This document shows, piece after piece, positions 28,075 to 38,903 of a stretch of DNA of 64,000 nucleotides (its first letter is position 1; every line of letters starts with the position of its first letter). The position numbers and the translations under genes are program-made. This stretch comes from an uncultured bacterium. Lineage in GTDB: Bacteria; Bacillota_I; Bacilli_A; RFN20; CAG-826. Under the pieces are notes generated by a model, which was given only the letters and a program-made list of their open reading frames with translations, made no database searches and was not told the DNA's origin. The DNA is taken from NCBI GenBank assembly GCA_949293255.1, contig CASFCL010000001.1:92105-156104 (forward strand), read 5' to 3'.

Positions 28075-29269
28075 TAGTCTTTTTAACCTCGCTTGCTCTT
28101 TTAAAAACTTTTTTGTGCATTTGTCTATTAAGCTGATTAATAATCAGTAAAGTTTCATTTTCTTTTTCAAAATTTTCGTAATTATCAAAGGTCATTTGAA
28201 CAACTGATTTACTTTTATCTTCTAAATTTTGTAAAGTTACACCAATTAATCTAATTTCCTGATCTTTATAAGATTTATCAAATAATTTGATTACTTCATC
28301 AAATAAAAATTGTTTATCATCAGTAGGTTCTTTAAATGTTTTAGAATAAGATTTTGTTTTAAAAGAATCTGTATAAACTGCATCTTTAAAAACGATATGA
28401 ATAGTTTTTGCAATTTTCTTCTTTTTAATTAATGATTCATAAATACGATCAAACTCTTCTTCAAGGGTACTTTTTAAATAATATCGGTCATTTGTATCAA
28501 AATTTAAAGTTCTTGTAGTACCAATTGATTTAGGATCAAAGTCTTCTGTAATTATTTGATTGCTACTTTTTCCCTCTAAGCAATTAATTATATCGATAGA
28601 AAATTTACCAAAAAATTCGATAACATCGTCTCTTTGTTCTTTTAAAGCGTAATATAAGTCACCGATTGTTTTAATTCCTATTTTTATTAATCTAGGAGCT
28701 GTTTTTGCTCCAATTCCATAATAATCTTTAACGCTTAAAGGGAAAATTATATTAGGGATATCTTTATTTCTAATGATAGTTATGCCCAATGGTTTTTTAT
28801 AATCACTACCCATTTTTGCTAAAAATTTTGTGCTTCCGACACCAATTGAGCATTTTAATTGGGTTGCTTTATATAATCCGTTTTGAAATTTAGCTAAAAA
28901 ACCAAGAATATCATTATTTCCATATTTATAATATTGTTCAGTTATATCACAATAACATTCATCACAAGATATTTGTTCAATTTTATTTGATAATTTTCGA
29001 ACGTAAGAAATAAATTCTTTTGACATTAAATTATAAAATTTAAAATCAACTGAAGTTATTATTAAATCTTTACATAACATTTTAGCTTGAAACATAGGCA
29101 TCCCTGAATGGATTCCATATTTTCTTGCTTCGTATGAACATGTCGAAACTATTCCTCCTCTTCCTTCTCCGCCAACAGCAACAGGTTTTCCTATAAGAGA
29201 AGGATTTTTTATTTCTTCGCATCTAACAAAGAAAGTATTTAGGTCAATATGAAGAATAATTCGTTTCAT
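28049..29269 (-). CDS. dinB: DNA polymerase IV (Y-family)
   Basis: N-terminal ILHIDLNTFF...CEE motif and a length of about 400 aa. Confidence 0.8.
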   Translation of the reverse strand: MKRIILHIDLNTFFVRCEEIKNPSLIGKPVAVGGEGRGGIVSTCSYEARKYGIHSGMPMFQAKMLCKDLIITSVDFKFYNLMSKEFISYVRKLSNKIEQISCDECYCDITEQYYKYGNNDILGFLAKFQNGLYKATQLKCSIGVGSTKFLAKMGSDYKKPLGITIIRNKDIPNIIFPLSVKDYYGIGAKTAPRLIKIGIKTIGDLYYALKEQRDDVIEFFGKFSIDIINCLEGKSSNQIITEDFDPKSIGTTRTLNFDTNDRYYLKSTLEEEFDRIYESLIKKKKIAKTIHIVFKDAVYTDSFKTKSYSKTFKEPTDDKQFLFDEVIKLFDKSYKDQEIRLIGVTLQNLEDKSKSVVQMTFDNYENFEKENETLLIINQLNRQMHKKVFKRASEVKKTNGNQSSNF

Positions 29270-29329
29270 ACATATATTTTATACCATTTATAATAATATT
29301 AATATAAGTACTAAAAATGTACTAAATAA

Positions 29330-29512
29330 TTAATTATTTAGTTGTTTTTTGGCTTCCTCAAGCTCATTTAATAATTCTTTTTCTAAAGTTTGAGCTTCTT
29401 TAACTAAAGCGACCATTTCTTCTAATTTAATATCTTCTTGATCAAATTTTTGAGAGATTTCTTCTAATCTTTTTACTTTTTCTTCAAAAGATTTTTGATT
29501 ATTTTTTTCCAA
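29330..29512 (-). CDS. xseB: Exodeoxyribonuclease VII small subunit
   Basis: A 60-aa coiled-coil protein (FEEKVKRLEEI...) that overlaps xseA. Confidence 0.75.
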   Translation of the reverse strand: MEKNNQKSFEEKVKRLEEISQKFDQEDIKLEEMVALVKEAQTLEKELLNELEEAKKQLNN

Positions 29513-30713
29513 TTTCTTTTACCTCCACTATAACTTTTCCATCACTGAACTCAATTTCTAAAGTATCGTTGATATAGATGTCTTTAATGGAATTTAATAT
29601 TTTTCCTTCTTTATAACTAAGTGAATAACCTTTGCTTAATAGTCCTAAAGGATTTTGAGCATTAACCTTTATTAAAGAGTTTTGAATTTTATTTTGATAA
29701 TTTGTAATTTTATTTTTATATTTATTCAAAATATTTTCATAACTATTCTTAATTTTTTCTGTATAGAAATCGAATAATCCATCGATACTATTCATCTTTT
29801 TGTTAGAAAGATATCTTGATATTAATGTTTGATATGAATTTAATTTAGTTGTAACTGAAGATTTAATATTTATTACTAAATTTTCGATGTCATTTATAAC
29901 TTCATTAATATCAGGAACTGCATATTCACAAGCTCCTGTAGGTGTTGAAGCGTAAATATCAGCAACTAAATCACAAAAACTTTGATTAATTTCATGTCCG
30001 ACTGCAGAAATGATTGGTATTTTACAATCATATATTCTCTTAACTAATTCTTCGTTATCAAAGGGGGATAAATCTTCAATTGATCCTCCACCTCTACCAA
30101 TAATGATAATTTGTGGATTTGCTTCGATTGCTTCATTTAATGCTCTGATGATATCTTTAGGAGCATTTTCTCCTTGAACGAGTGCATTAAATTCTAAAAT
30201 TTCAGTAAGAGGCCATCTTCTTTTTAAATTATGTTTCAAATCTGCACTTGCTGCAGAATTTAATCCAGTAACAATTGCAACTTTAGTTGCGTATTGAGGA
30301 ATAGGTAATTTATGGGAAGGATCGAAATAACCTTGTTCATAAAGTTTTTTCTTTAATTCTTCTCTTTTAACTAATAATTGACCTTGACCATAAGGAATAA
30401 TATTTTTAATTATTATTTGATAAGTTCCATAACCAGGATAAGAAGAAATATTACCAATTACTAAAACTTGATCACCATTTTTAAAATTTGTATTTAAATG
30501 AAGAGCATTATATTTAAAGATAACTGCTGAAATTACTGATTTATCATCCTTTAAAGAAAAATAAAAATGGCCGCTTTTATTAGGGCCTTTAAAATTTGAT
30601 ATTTCTCCGACTAAACCGATGTTTTGTAATGGTTCGACATTAGCAAAAATATCACTAATAAATTGATTGATTTCTGTGATTGTATAGAAGTTATTATTTT
30701 GAACTTCAATCAT
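29499..30713 (-). CDS. xseA: Exodeoxyribonuclease VII large subunit
   Basis: OB-fold N-terminus and the catalytic region GRGGGSIEDL. Confidence 0.85.
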   Translation of the reverse strand: MIEVQNNNFYTITEINQFISDIFANVEPLQNIGLVGEISNFKGPNKSGHFYFSLKDDKSVISAVIFKYNALHLNTNFKNGDQVLVIGNISSYPGYGTYQIIIKNIIPYGQGQLLVKREELKKKLYEQGYFDPSHKLPIPQYATKVAIVTGLNSAASADLKHNLKRRWPLTEILEFNALVQGENAPKDIIRALNEAIEANPQIIIIGRGGGSIEDLSPFDNEELVKRIYDCKIPIISAVGHEINQSFCDLVADIYASTPTGACEYAVPDINEVINDIENLVINIKSSVTTKLNSYQTLISRYLSNKKMNSIDGLFDFYTEKIKNSYENILNKYKNKITNYQNKIQNSLIKVNAQNPLGLLSKGYSLSYKEGKILNSIKDIYINDTLEIEFSDGKVIVEVKEIGKK

Positions 30714-31125
30714 CTAAAGCTTTATCTAATACAGCATTTACATATTTGTAATCTGTACTATCTCCATATTTTTTAGCAAGTTTTACAGCAATATTTATGA
30801 TAACTGCTTTATCAACATCTTCCATATATTTATAATGGACAAAACTTAAAATAAATATTGCTTGGATGCATAAATTTAATCTTTTAAACTTCCAATTATT
30901 AAGCTTTTCTTCACAAATGCTAACTGCTTCACTTTGATACTTTAAAGATTTTAGAAGAATTTCTTTTAAGAAAATATCGATTTCTGGATAATCAGCACCA
31001 GTCATATTTTCTAAAGTATCAATAAAATCAATTTCAAGATTTAATCGTTCCATTATCAAAAATGAATACATAATTTGTAATGCGGTTTCGTGTATTTTAT
31101 TTCTTGAATCTTGATAAATCGGCAT
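30706..31125 (-). CDS. nusB: Transcription antitermination factor NusB
   Basis: A 139-aa all-helical protein. Synteny matches yqhY-nusB-(folD)-xseAB, with folD absent. Confidence 0.75.
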   Translation of the reverse strand: MPIYQDSRNKIHETALQIMYSFLIMERLNLEIDFIDTLENMTGADYPEIDIFLKEILLKSLKYQSEAVSICEEKLNNWKFKRLNLCIQAIFILSFVHYKYMEDVDKAVIINIAVKLAKKYGDSTDYKYVNAVLDKALDD

Positions 31126-31129
31126 AATT

Positions 31130-31465
31130 TTATTTTACAACGTTAAATACTACTTTAATTTTAAAGTCAACACCTTCACAAAGTGATTTGAGATTACTTG
31201 TTAAAACATCAACTAATGTTTTTTCATAAACTTCGTTTTCCACATGAGCAACTGGATTAGTTGTAAATCTAATGTATAAACTGTTGTCTTTCATTGTAAG
31301 AGTAAATTTTTCTTGAGTTTCTTCAGGTGTTGCTGTAATTTTTAAAGCTTCTTTTACTCTTTTATGAACATGTTGACAAATATTTTCGAAAACATTTTTC
31401 GAAATGCCATATTGTCCAGTCTTTGAATTTGCTTTTAATAAAATGTAATTTTTCATATTGATCAC
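31130..31465 (-). CDS. Asp23/Gls24-family (YqhY-like) protein
   Basis: Its size and position upstream of nusB match B. subtilis yqhY. Sequence similarity is weak. Confidence 0.5.
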   Translation of the reverse strand: MINMKNYILLKANSKTGQYGISKNVFENICQHVHKRVKEALKITATPEETQEKFTLTMKDNSLYIRFTTNPVAHVENEVYEKTLVDVLTSNLKSLCEGVDFKIKVVFNVVK

Positions 31466-33454
31466 CTATTTAATGTATTTTAACACGATTTTTGCAACAT
31501 TCTCTTTAGTAAATCCAAATGCGTTAATTAAATCATCTGCTTTTCCGCTAGCACCAAATTCATTGATACCGAAGCAATATTTTGCATATTTATGCCATCC
31601 AAATGAAGATTGCATTTCTAATGACATACGATGATTGTAATCTGTACCTAAAACTGAGTTTTGATATTCAACACTTTGCTTATCGAATAATTCTTGGCAA
31701 GGCATTGAGACGACTCTGATATCTAAACCTAAGCTAAATAAGTATTTTTTAACTTCAACTGCTAAAGAAACTTCACTTCCGGTAGCAATAAGTGTGAAAT
31801 CACAAATTCTACCTCTTTCTTTATCGACAATGTAGGCACCTTTTTTAACTAAATCATAGTTTGAACTATTCTTTAATAAAGGTAAGTTTTGTCTTGATAA
31901 GATAATTGCACTTGGAGTTTCAGTTTGTTCTAATGCAATTCTATATGCTGCATATGTTTCTTTTGCATCACATGGTCTAAAGACTAAAAGATTTGGAGTT
32001 GATCTTAACATCGCAAGTTGTCCGATTGGTTGATGTGTAGGACCATCTTCACCAACTGCAATTGAGTCGTGTGAGAATAAATAAATTTGAGGAAGCTTCA
32101 TAAGAGCTGACATTGTGATTGCGTTTTTCATGTATTCACTAAATACAAGGAATGAACCACAATAAGTTCTTAAACCACCATGTAATAAGATACCATTACA
32201 GGCACTTGCCATGAAGAATTCTCTAATTCCCCAATTTATATTTGTACCGCCTCTATTTTTTGGACCATATGTTGAACCATTTGCTAATTTTGTCATAACT
32301 GAACTTGCAACATCAGCACTTCCACCAACGAAATTTGGAAGAAGTTCGTGATAGTAATTTAAAATCTTTAAGCTTGATTTACGTGTTGCATCACTTGAAA
32401 GTTCGTCCATTGCAAGATGTTCAGCATTTAAGTATTTTGAGACATTATTTGTCGATAAATCCATCATTTTTTGATACCTAAATGGATCGTTATCTTGCAT
32501 TTCTTCGATCATATCTTGATATTTTTGATATGCGACTTCACCTCTTTTTAAGAAAGTATTTTTAAAGTTTGTGTATACTTCTTGAGGAATTTCAAATGGA
32601 GGATAATTGTAACCATAAGATCTTTTAGCGTTTTCACCATCTTCTGCACCTAAAGGTGAACCATGAACTTTACAAGTTCCTTGGTTTTTACTTCCAAAAC
32701 CAATAACTGTTTTACAAATAATTAAGGTTGGAGCAGATGTTGATTGTCTAGCCTTTTTAATTGCTTTGTGAATTTCTTTTACATTGTTTCCGTTTTTAAC
32801 AACAATGACATCCCAGTTTGCTGCTAAGAATCTTCTTGTAGTGTTTTCGATATTTGATTGAGCAAGAGGTCCATCTAATGTGACATCGTTATTATCGTAA
32901 AGTAAAATGAGTTTATTTAATTTTTGAAGACCAGCAAAAGTAATTGCTTCTTGAGAAATACCTTCTTCTAAACATCCATCACCACAAATACAGTATGTAT
33001 AATGGTTGTAACATTTTGAACCATATTGAGCTGCAAGCATAGTTTCAGCCATAGCAACACCAACTGCTTCTGAAATACCTTGTCCTAATGGACCGCCACT
33101 AGCATCAACTCCATCAGTCATACCAACTTCAGGATGTCCTGGAGTGATTGAACGATATTGTCTAAAGTTTTCTAAATCTTCAATAGAGATGTTATAGCTA
33201 CAAAGATGTAAGATTGTGTAAAGAAGCATGGATGCGTGTCCATAACTTAAAATTACTCTATCTCTATTAATCCAACTTGGTTGAAATGGGTTTGCAACAA
33301 CAAAATCTTTATAAAGTGTATAAAGAATTGGAGCAGCACTTAAACATGCTCCTGGATGTCCGCTATTAGCTTTGTTGATACCATCAATACATGTTGCTCT
33401 AATAGCAGCTACTGATAATTGATCGATGTTTTTAATTTTTGCAGTTTTACTCAT
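31466..33454 (-). CDS. tkt: Transketolase
   Basis: A 662-aa protein with the ThDP-binding GDGCLEEG motif and the HPE/GEDGPTHQ motifs. Confidence 0.9.
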   Translation of the reverse strand: MSKTAKIKNIDQLSVAAIRATCIDGINKANSGHPGACLSAAPILYTLYKDFVVANPFQPSWINRDRVILSYGHASMLLYTILHLCSYNISIEDLENFRQYRSITPGHPEVGMTDGVDASGGPLGQGISEAVGVAMAETMLAAQYGSKCYNHYTYCICGDGCLEEGISQEAITFAGLQKLNKLILLYDNNDVTLDGPLAQSNIENTTRRFLAANWDVIVVKNGNNVKEIHKAIKKARQSTSAPTLIICKTVIGFGSKNQGTCKVHGSPLGAEDGENAKRSYGYNYPPFEIPQEVYTNFKNTFLKRGEVAYQKYQDMIEEMQDNDPFRYQKMMDLSTNNVSKYLNAEHLAMDELSSDATRKSSLKILNYYHELLPNFVGGSADVASSVMTKLANGSTYGPKNRGGTNINWGIREFFMASACNGILLHGGLRTYCGSFLVFSEYMKNAITMSALMKLPQIYLFSHDSIAVGEDGPTHQPIGQLAMLRSTPNLLVFRPCDAKETYAAYRIALEQTETPSAIILSRQNLPLLKNSSNYDLVKKGAYIVDKERGRICDFTLIATGSEVSLAVEVKKYLFSLGLDIRVVSMPCQELFDKQSVEYQNSVLGTDYNHRMSLEMQSSFGWHKYAKYCFGINEFGASGKADDLINAFGFTKENVAKIVLKYIK

Positions 33455-35195
33455 TTTCTTCCTCCATAATTTTTATTCCTAAAGTAGATAATTGCTCTTC
33501 ATCTACTTTTAAAGGTGCGTTTGTGACAGGACATACAGCATTTAAGTTTTTAGGGAATGCTATAACGTCTCTAATGTTATCGGTTTGAGAAAGAATCATA
33601 GTAAGTCTATCTAAACCAAAGGCGAGACCACCATGAGGTGGGGTGCCGTATTTTAATGCTTCAACAAAGAAGCCAAATTTATTTTGGATATCTTTTTCAG
33701 TAAATCCTAAAACTTCGAAAATTTCTTTTTGAACGTTTTGATCGTAGATTCTTAATGAACCACCGCCTGCTTCATATCCGTTAATAACAATATCATATGC
33801 ATATGAATAAACTTCATATGGTTTTTCTCTTAATTTTGGTAAATCTTCATCACATGGTCTTGTAAATGGATGGTGACATGGTGTTATTTCACCATTTTCT
33901 TCACTCTTTTCAAAAAGTGGGAAATGAACGACCCATAAAAGATCAAATGTGTTAGGTTTAATTAAATTGAGCTCTTTTGCAAAGAAACTTCTTAAAGCTC
34001 CTAATCCAAAAGCAACATTCTTTCTAATATTTCCTGAAGCTATGAAAATTACATCGTTATTTTCAGCTCCGAAAATTTCAGTTAATTTTGCTTTTTCTTC
34101 TGCTGAGAAGAATTTTGTAATTCCACCTTCAACTGTATTATTTAAAACTTTAATACAATAGAAGGATTTCATATTAAATTTTTGGGCAAGAAGGTTGTAT
34201 TCATCTTGTTTCTTTCTTGAAGTTACATCAGCAATATTTTTAACTAAGATACCTCTAACGTATGTTGATGTTTTAAAGTTTTCATATTCACAGTTGCTGA
34301 ATAATGCTTTTAAATCATGAATCTTCATATCAAATCTAGTGTCTGGTTTATCAGATCCATAAATATTAACTGCATCTTCATAATCAAGTCTTCTTAAAGG
34401 AAGTTTTACTTCATATCCGATGGTATCTTTAAAGATTTTTTGTAATAATCCTTCAGACATTTCTAAGATTTGATCTTGATTTAAAAATGAGGTTTCAATA
34501 TCGATTTGAGTGAAATCTGGTTGTCTATCGGCTCTTAAATCTTCATCTCTAAAGCATCTTGCGATTTGATAATATCTTTCAAAGCCACAAATCATTAACA
34601 TTTGTTTATATAATTGAGGTGATTGAGGAAGTGCATAAAAGCAACCTTTATGAATTCTTGATGGAACAAGATAATCTCTAGCTCCTTCTGGTGTTGAAGG
34701 TGCTAAATAAGGTGTTTCAATTTCAATAAAATCATGAGAATCTAAATATTCATGAGTTGCTTTGACGATTTTTGATCTAATTACAAAGCGATCTTGCATC
34801 GATTTTCTTCTTAAATCGAGATATCTATATTTTAATCTGATATCTTCATTTGCGTTTGAATCTTCGGCAGTTGAAATTGGAGGTTGTTCACTTGTGTTAA
34901 TTAAAATAATTTTTGAAGCAACAACTTCAATTGCACCAGTTTTAAGGTTTTTATTTTCAACTTCTTTTTTAGTGACGACACCTGTTACTTGTAAAATATA
35001 TTCATTACGGATATCAGGAATATCTAAATTATCTTTAATACAAACTTGGACAATGCCTTTTCTATCTCTAAGGTCGACAAAAATTAAGCTACCAAGGTTT
35101 CTTTTTCTTTGTACCCATCCAATGATGGTTACTTCTTCTCCAACATTACTTAAGTCTAACTCTCCACAGTAGTTAGTACGATCAAATTTTTCCAT
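33447..35195 (-). CDS. aspS: Aspartyl-tRNA synthetase
   Basis: A 582-aa protein with an anticodon-binding OB fold, class II motifs (FRDEDLRADRQPDFTQID, GGGSLRI, GLDRL) and the bacterial GAD insertion. Confidence 0.9.
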   Translation of the reverse strand: MEKFDRTNYCGELDLSNVGEEVTIIGWVQRKRNLGSLIFVDLRDRKGIVQVCIKDNLDIPDIRNEYILQVTGVVTKKEVENKNLKTGAIEVVASKIILINTSEQPPISTAEDSNANEDIRLKYRYLDLRRKSMQDRFVIRSKIVKATHEYLDSHDFIEIETPYLAPSTPEGARDYLVPSRIHKGCFYALPQSPQLYKQMLMICGFERYYQIARCFRDEDLRADRQPDFTQIDIETSFLNQDQILEMSEGLLQKIFKDTIGYEVKLPLRRLDYEDAVNIYGSDKPDTRFDMKIHDLKALFSNCEYENFKTSTYVRGILVKNIADVTSRKKQDEYNLLAQKFNMKSFYCIKVLNNTVEGGITKFFSAEEKAKLTEIFGAENNDVIFIASGNIRKNVAFGLGALRSFFAKELNLIKPNTFDLLWVVHFPLFEKSEENGEITPCHHPFTRPCDEDLPKLREKPYEVYSYAYDIVINGYEAGGGSLRIYDQNVQKEIFEVLGFTEKDIQNKFGFFVEALKYGTPPHGGLAFGLDRLTMILSQTDNIRDVIAFPKNLNAVCPVTNAPLKVDEEQLSTLGIKIMEEENE

Positions 35196-35220
35196 TAAAT
35201 ATTCCTTCTTTTTTTAATAA

Positions 35221-36597
35221 TTACTTTCTATTTTTTTTATAGCAACACTCGTGCTCTTCTTCATCATCGTGTTCATGACAGCAATGATGTTCTTCTTCAT
35301 TATGATCATGGCAACAACAATGATGTTCTTCATGATATTGTTCGCCTAATTTATCACTTAATTCATCAATTGAAATAGTGACTTGTTCGGCTTTTTCTAA
35401 ATCTTTAAGATTTACAGTGCCATTTTTAACTTCATCTTCACCGATGATAATTGCATATTTTGCATTTCTTCTTTGAGCTTTTTTAAACATTTGGCTCATG
35501 CCTTTGTTTTCAAGACAAATTTCAATCATGAAGCCTTCACCTCTTAAAGAATTTGCAAGTTGAATGCCATATTCAATTTGTGCTTCACCAATTGGCATAA
35601 TGTAGGCATCAAGAGCAGGTTTAAATTCTTCAAAAGCATTGTATTCATCTAAAATTGTAACTAATCTTTCAATTCCAAATGCTAATCCAACTCCTGGAAT
35701 ATCAGGACCACCACATTCTTTAACTAAGCTATGATAGTGTCCGCCTCCACCTAATGCACCATAATCAGTTCCACTTGGAGTTGAATAATGGAATTCAAAT
35801 ACTACGTTACTATAGTAATCTAAACCTCTAACAAGAGATTCATCGACTGTGTATGGAATTTGATTATCATCTAATACTTTTAATACTTTTTCGAAGTCTT
35901 CTTTTGCTTTAGGAGTTAAATAATCTTTAATTTTTGGTGCTCCTTTAACAATTTCTTGATCTTCAGGACTCTTACAATCAAGAATTCTTAAGACATTTAA
36001 TTCATATCTTGCTTTACAATCGTTACACATAATGTCGATATGTTTTGCAAAATATTCTTTTAATGCTTTTCTATAAGCATTTCTTGATTCTTCATCACCA
36101 AGAGTATTAATTTTTAAGGTTACTCCGTAAAAATGTAAATTTGCAAGACATTGATAACCTAATAAGATAACTTCAGCATCTCTTAAAGGTGAATCTGAAC
36201 CGACACATTCAATTCCAAATTGATTAAATTGACGATATCTGCCAGCTTGAGGACGTTCATATCTGAAACATGGTCCGACATAATATCCTTTTACTGGGTA
36301 ATCTTGATTAACAAATAATTTATTATTAACCATTGATCTAATTACGCATGCTGTAAGTTCTGGTCTAAGAGTTATACTTCTTCCACCTTTATCTTCAAAA
36401 GTGTACATTTCTTTTCTAACAATATCAGAGGAATCACCAACTGAACGATTAAATAATTCAGTGTATTCCATAATAGGTGTTCTGAACTCTTTATAACCAA
36501 AAGTTTGAGCAACTGCTACTAAGTTTTGCTCTACAAATGTATATTTTTCTGCATCATTTAAAATAATATCGTGAGTTCCTTTTACTTGGTTAAACAT
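35221..36597 (-). CDS. hisS: Histidyl-tRNA synthetase carrying a C-terminal His/Cys/Glu-rich extension
   Basis: Class II motifs (YYVGPCFRYERPQAGRYRQFNQ, GGGGHY, GLAFGIERL). The roughly 40-aa tail reads HEEHHCCCHDHNEEEHHCCHEHDDEEEHECC. Confidence 0.9.
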   Translation of the reverse strand: MFNQVKGTHDIILNDAEKYTFVEQNLVAVAQTFGYKEFRTPIMEYTELFNRSVGDSSDIVRKEMYTFEDKGGRSITLRPELTACVIRSMVNNKLFVNQDYPVKGYYVGPCFRYERPQAGRYRQFNQFGIECVGSDSPLRDAEVILLGYQCLANLHFYGVTLKINTLGDEESRNAYRKALKEYFAKHIDIMCNDCKARYELNVLRILDCKSPEDQEIVKGAPKIKDYLTPKAKEDFEKVLKVLDDNQIPYTVDESLVRGLDYYSNVVFEFHYSTPSGTDYGALGGGGHYHSLVKECGGPDIPGVGLAFGIERLVTILDEYNAFEEFKPALDAYIMPIGEAQIEYGIQLANSLRGEGFMIEICLENKGMSQMFKKAQRRNAKYAIIIGEDEVKNGTVNLKDLEKAEQVTISIDELSDKLGEQYHEEHHCCCHDHNEEEHHCCHEHDDEEEHECCYKKNRK

Positions 36598-36654
36598 AAC
36601 TCCTCCTAAAACTTGTAATAATTATAAAATAATTATTATCTAAATTAAACTTTA

Positions 36655-38871
36655 TTAATGAAAGATTCTTCTTATTTCGTTGACGTCTTTTAAATTTTTA
36701 AGGACTGAGAACACTTTTTGTAATTCGTTGACGTCTTTTACGTAAATTTGACAATAAATTGAGCATGATAATGTCGATTGATGCAATCTAGCATTAATTT
36801 CAGTACATCTGATTTTTATTGAATTTAATAAATTCAAAATATCGGCAATAAGTGAATTTCTATCACTACATTCTAAAATAATATCAACTGGGTAAGCTTC
36901 GCTTTTTAAATTTTGTTTCCAATGTACATCAATTAATCTTTGTTTTGCATTACTGACATTAGGACAATCGCATCTATGAACAGTAATTCCTTTTCCTTTT
37001 GTAACATAACCAACAATTAAGTCACCTGGAATTGGGGTACAGCAATTTCCTAAAGTAATTTTTAAACCTGATTGATTTTCGACACTAACAGGACACTTAT
37101 CATCATCGAAATTTTGCTTCTTAGAAAGGGTTAAATCTTCTTTTTCTTTTCTTCTAATTCCTAGATAATCACATATTTGCCCTGGGGTAATGTTATGTTG
37201 AGAGATCATTACAAATAAATCGCCAATATTCTTACATTGGTAATTATTTAGTACATTATCAGTGCCTAATAAGTCTAACATTTCTTTTTCGTTCATGTCT
37301 CTATCTCTAAAGAAATCGATACATGATTGCTTACCTTTAGCGATTTTATCATCTCGCATAAGGTCTTGATTTTTCTTTTGTAAAAACTTTCTAATTCTAC
37401 TTTTTGCGGTAGATGTTTTTACCATATTTAACCAACTTTCATTTGGTCCGCTAGCGGTGTTTGAAGTTTTAATTTCAACAATATCACCAGTTTTTAATGA
37501 AGTACCAATTGGTACAAGTTGATTATTAACTATTGCTCCAACAATGTTATCACCAATCTTTGTATGGATACGATAAGCTAAATCGATTGGAGTTGATCCA
37601 GCAGGAAGATCGATGACTTTTCCTTTTGGAGTGAAAACATAAACATTTGCTTCAAAGATGTCTTTGGAAAGACTTTCCATATATTCTTTTGCTGAAGCTG
37701 ATTGATTTTTACTAATTGAAACGAAGTCTCTAAACCAATGAAGTTTTTCTTCAATTTCTTTTTGTTCTTCTTTTGCGTTATAGTGACTATTTTCTTTATA
37801 TCTCCAGTGAGCTGCAACACCAGTTTCAGCAACTTCATCCATTTCTTTAGTTCTAATTTGAACTTCGAAAACATTACCATCACCAGCAATAATTGATGTA
37901 TGTAAAGATTGATACATATTTGGTTTTGGCATTGCGATATAATCTTTAAATCTACCTGGAATTGGTTTGAAGTGAGCGTGGATAAGACCTAAAACTTCAT
38001 AACAATTAATTTCAGTATTTGTAATAATTCTTAAAGCTAAAACATCGTAAATTTCTTCGAATGTATGGCCTTTTATGTACATTTTCTTATAAATTGAATA
38101 AATAGATTTAATTCTTGATTCAATATCAAATTGAATATTTTCTTCAATTAAGAAATCAGCAATTTTCTTCTTTAAATTGTTAAGAGCTTTACTTCTATTT
38201 TTAATCGATTTATTTAATTTTTCAGAGATTTCTTTATATTCATTTGGTTTTTCTACTTTTAATGAAAGATCTTCTAATTCACTTTCAATACGATAAATAC
38301 CTAAACGATGAGCAATTGGAGCAAAAACATCTAATGTTTCTCTAGCTAAAGCGTGTTGTCTTTCAGGCTTAAGAGCTTCAATTGTACGCATGTTATGAAG
38401 TCTATCAGCAAGTTTGATAATAATAACTCTTAAATCTTTTGCCATTCCTAAGAAAATTTTTCTACGATCTTCTGCTTCAAAATCTTCTTGAGTTCTATGA
38501 GATAATTTTAATCTTTGAATTTTTGTTAATGAGTCGACAAGTCTTGCGGTTTCTTCACCAAATAATTTGCTAATTGTTTCAATACTTGTGTCAGTATCTT
38601 CGACTACATCGTGTAAAAAAGCAGCAGCAATTGTTACTGGTCCTGATTGTAAAGATGCACAAATATAGGCAACTTCAATTAAATGTTGAACATAAGGTTC
38701 TCCAGACTTTCTAAAAATACCAGCATGTTTACCATTAGCATATTCATATGCTGCCTTAATCATCTTTCGATCATCTTCGTTATGGATGTATGGATAGTAA
38801 ATTTCGCGTACGTCTTCGAAAGTATGCATTGGATAACCGCCGTTTGGTTTTAATTTAACTTGTTCACTCAT
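36655..38871 (-). CDS. relA: Bifunctional (p)ppGpp synthetase/hydrolase (RelA/SpoT, Rel)
   Basis: HD hydrolase domain (HDVVEDT), synthetase domain, TGS and ACT domains. The protein is 738 aa. Confidence 0.9.
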   Translation of the reverse strand: MSEQVKLKPNGGYPMHTFEDVREIYYPYIHNEDDRKMIKAAYEYANGKHAGIFRKSGEPYVQHLIEVAYICASLQSGPVTIAAAFLHDVVEDTDTSIETISKLFGEETARLVDSLTKIQRLKLSHRTQEDFEAEDRRKIFLGMAKDLRVIIIKLADRLHNMRTIEALKPERQHALARETLDVFAPIAHRLGIYRIESELEDLSLKVEKPNEYKEISEKLNKSIKNRSKALNNLKKKIADFLIEENIQFDIESRIKSIYSIYKKMYIKGHTFEEIYDVLALRIITNTEINCYEVLGLIHAHFKPIPGRFKDYIAMPKPNMYQSLHTSIIAGDGNVFEVQIRTKEMDEVAETGVAAHWRYKENSHYNAKEEQKEIEEKLHWFRDFVSISKNQSASAKEYMESLSKDIFEANVYVFTPKGKVIDLPAGSTPIDLAYRIHTKIGDNIVGAIVNNQLVPIGTSLKTGDIVEIKTSNTASGPNESWLNMVKTSTAKSRIRKFLQKKNQDLMRDDKIAKGKQSCIDFFRDRDMNEKEMLDLLGTDNVLNNYQCKNIGDLFVMISQHNITPGQICDYLGIRRKEKEDLTLSKKQNFDDDKCPVSVENQSGLKITLGNCCTPIPGDLIVGYVTKGKGITVHRCDCPNVSNAKQRLIDVHWKQNLKSEAYPVDIILECSDRNSLIADILNLLNSIKIRCTEINARLHQSTLSCSIYCQIYVKDVNELQKVFSVLKNLKDVNEIRRIFH

Positions 38872-38903
38872 AATTTAATCCACTACTATATTTTAATTTA
38901 TAA

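Noticed and set aside
33949-35172. Plus-strand ORFs of 70 and 136 aa inside aspS, and similar ORFs inside lon (51695-52378), relA (37578-37889), valS and mutS2
   Set aside because: These are antisense shadow ORFs of long, well-supported genes, with no SD and low-complexity translations.
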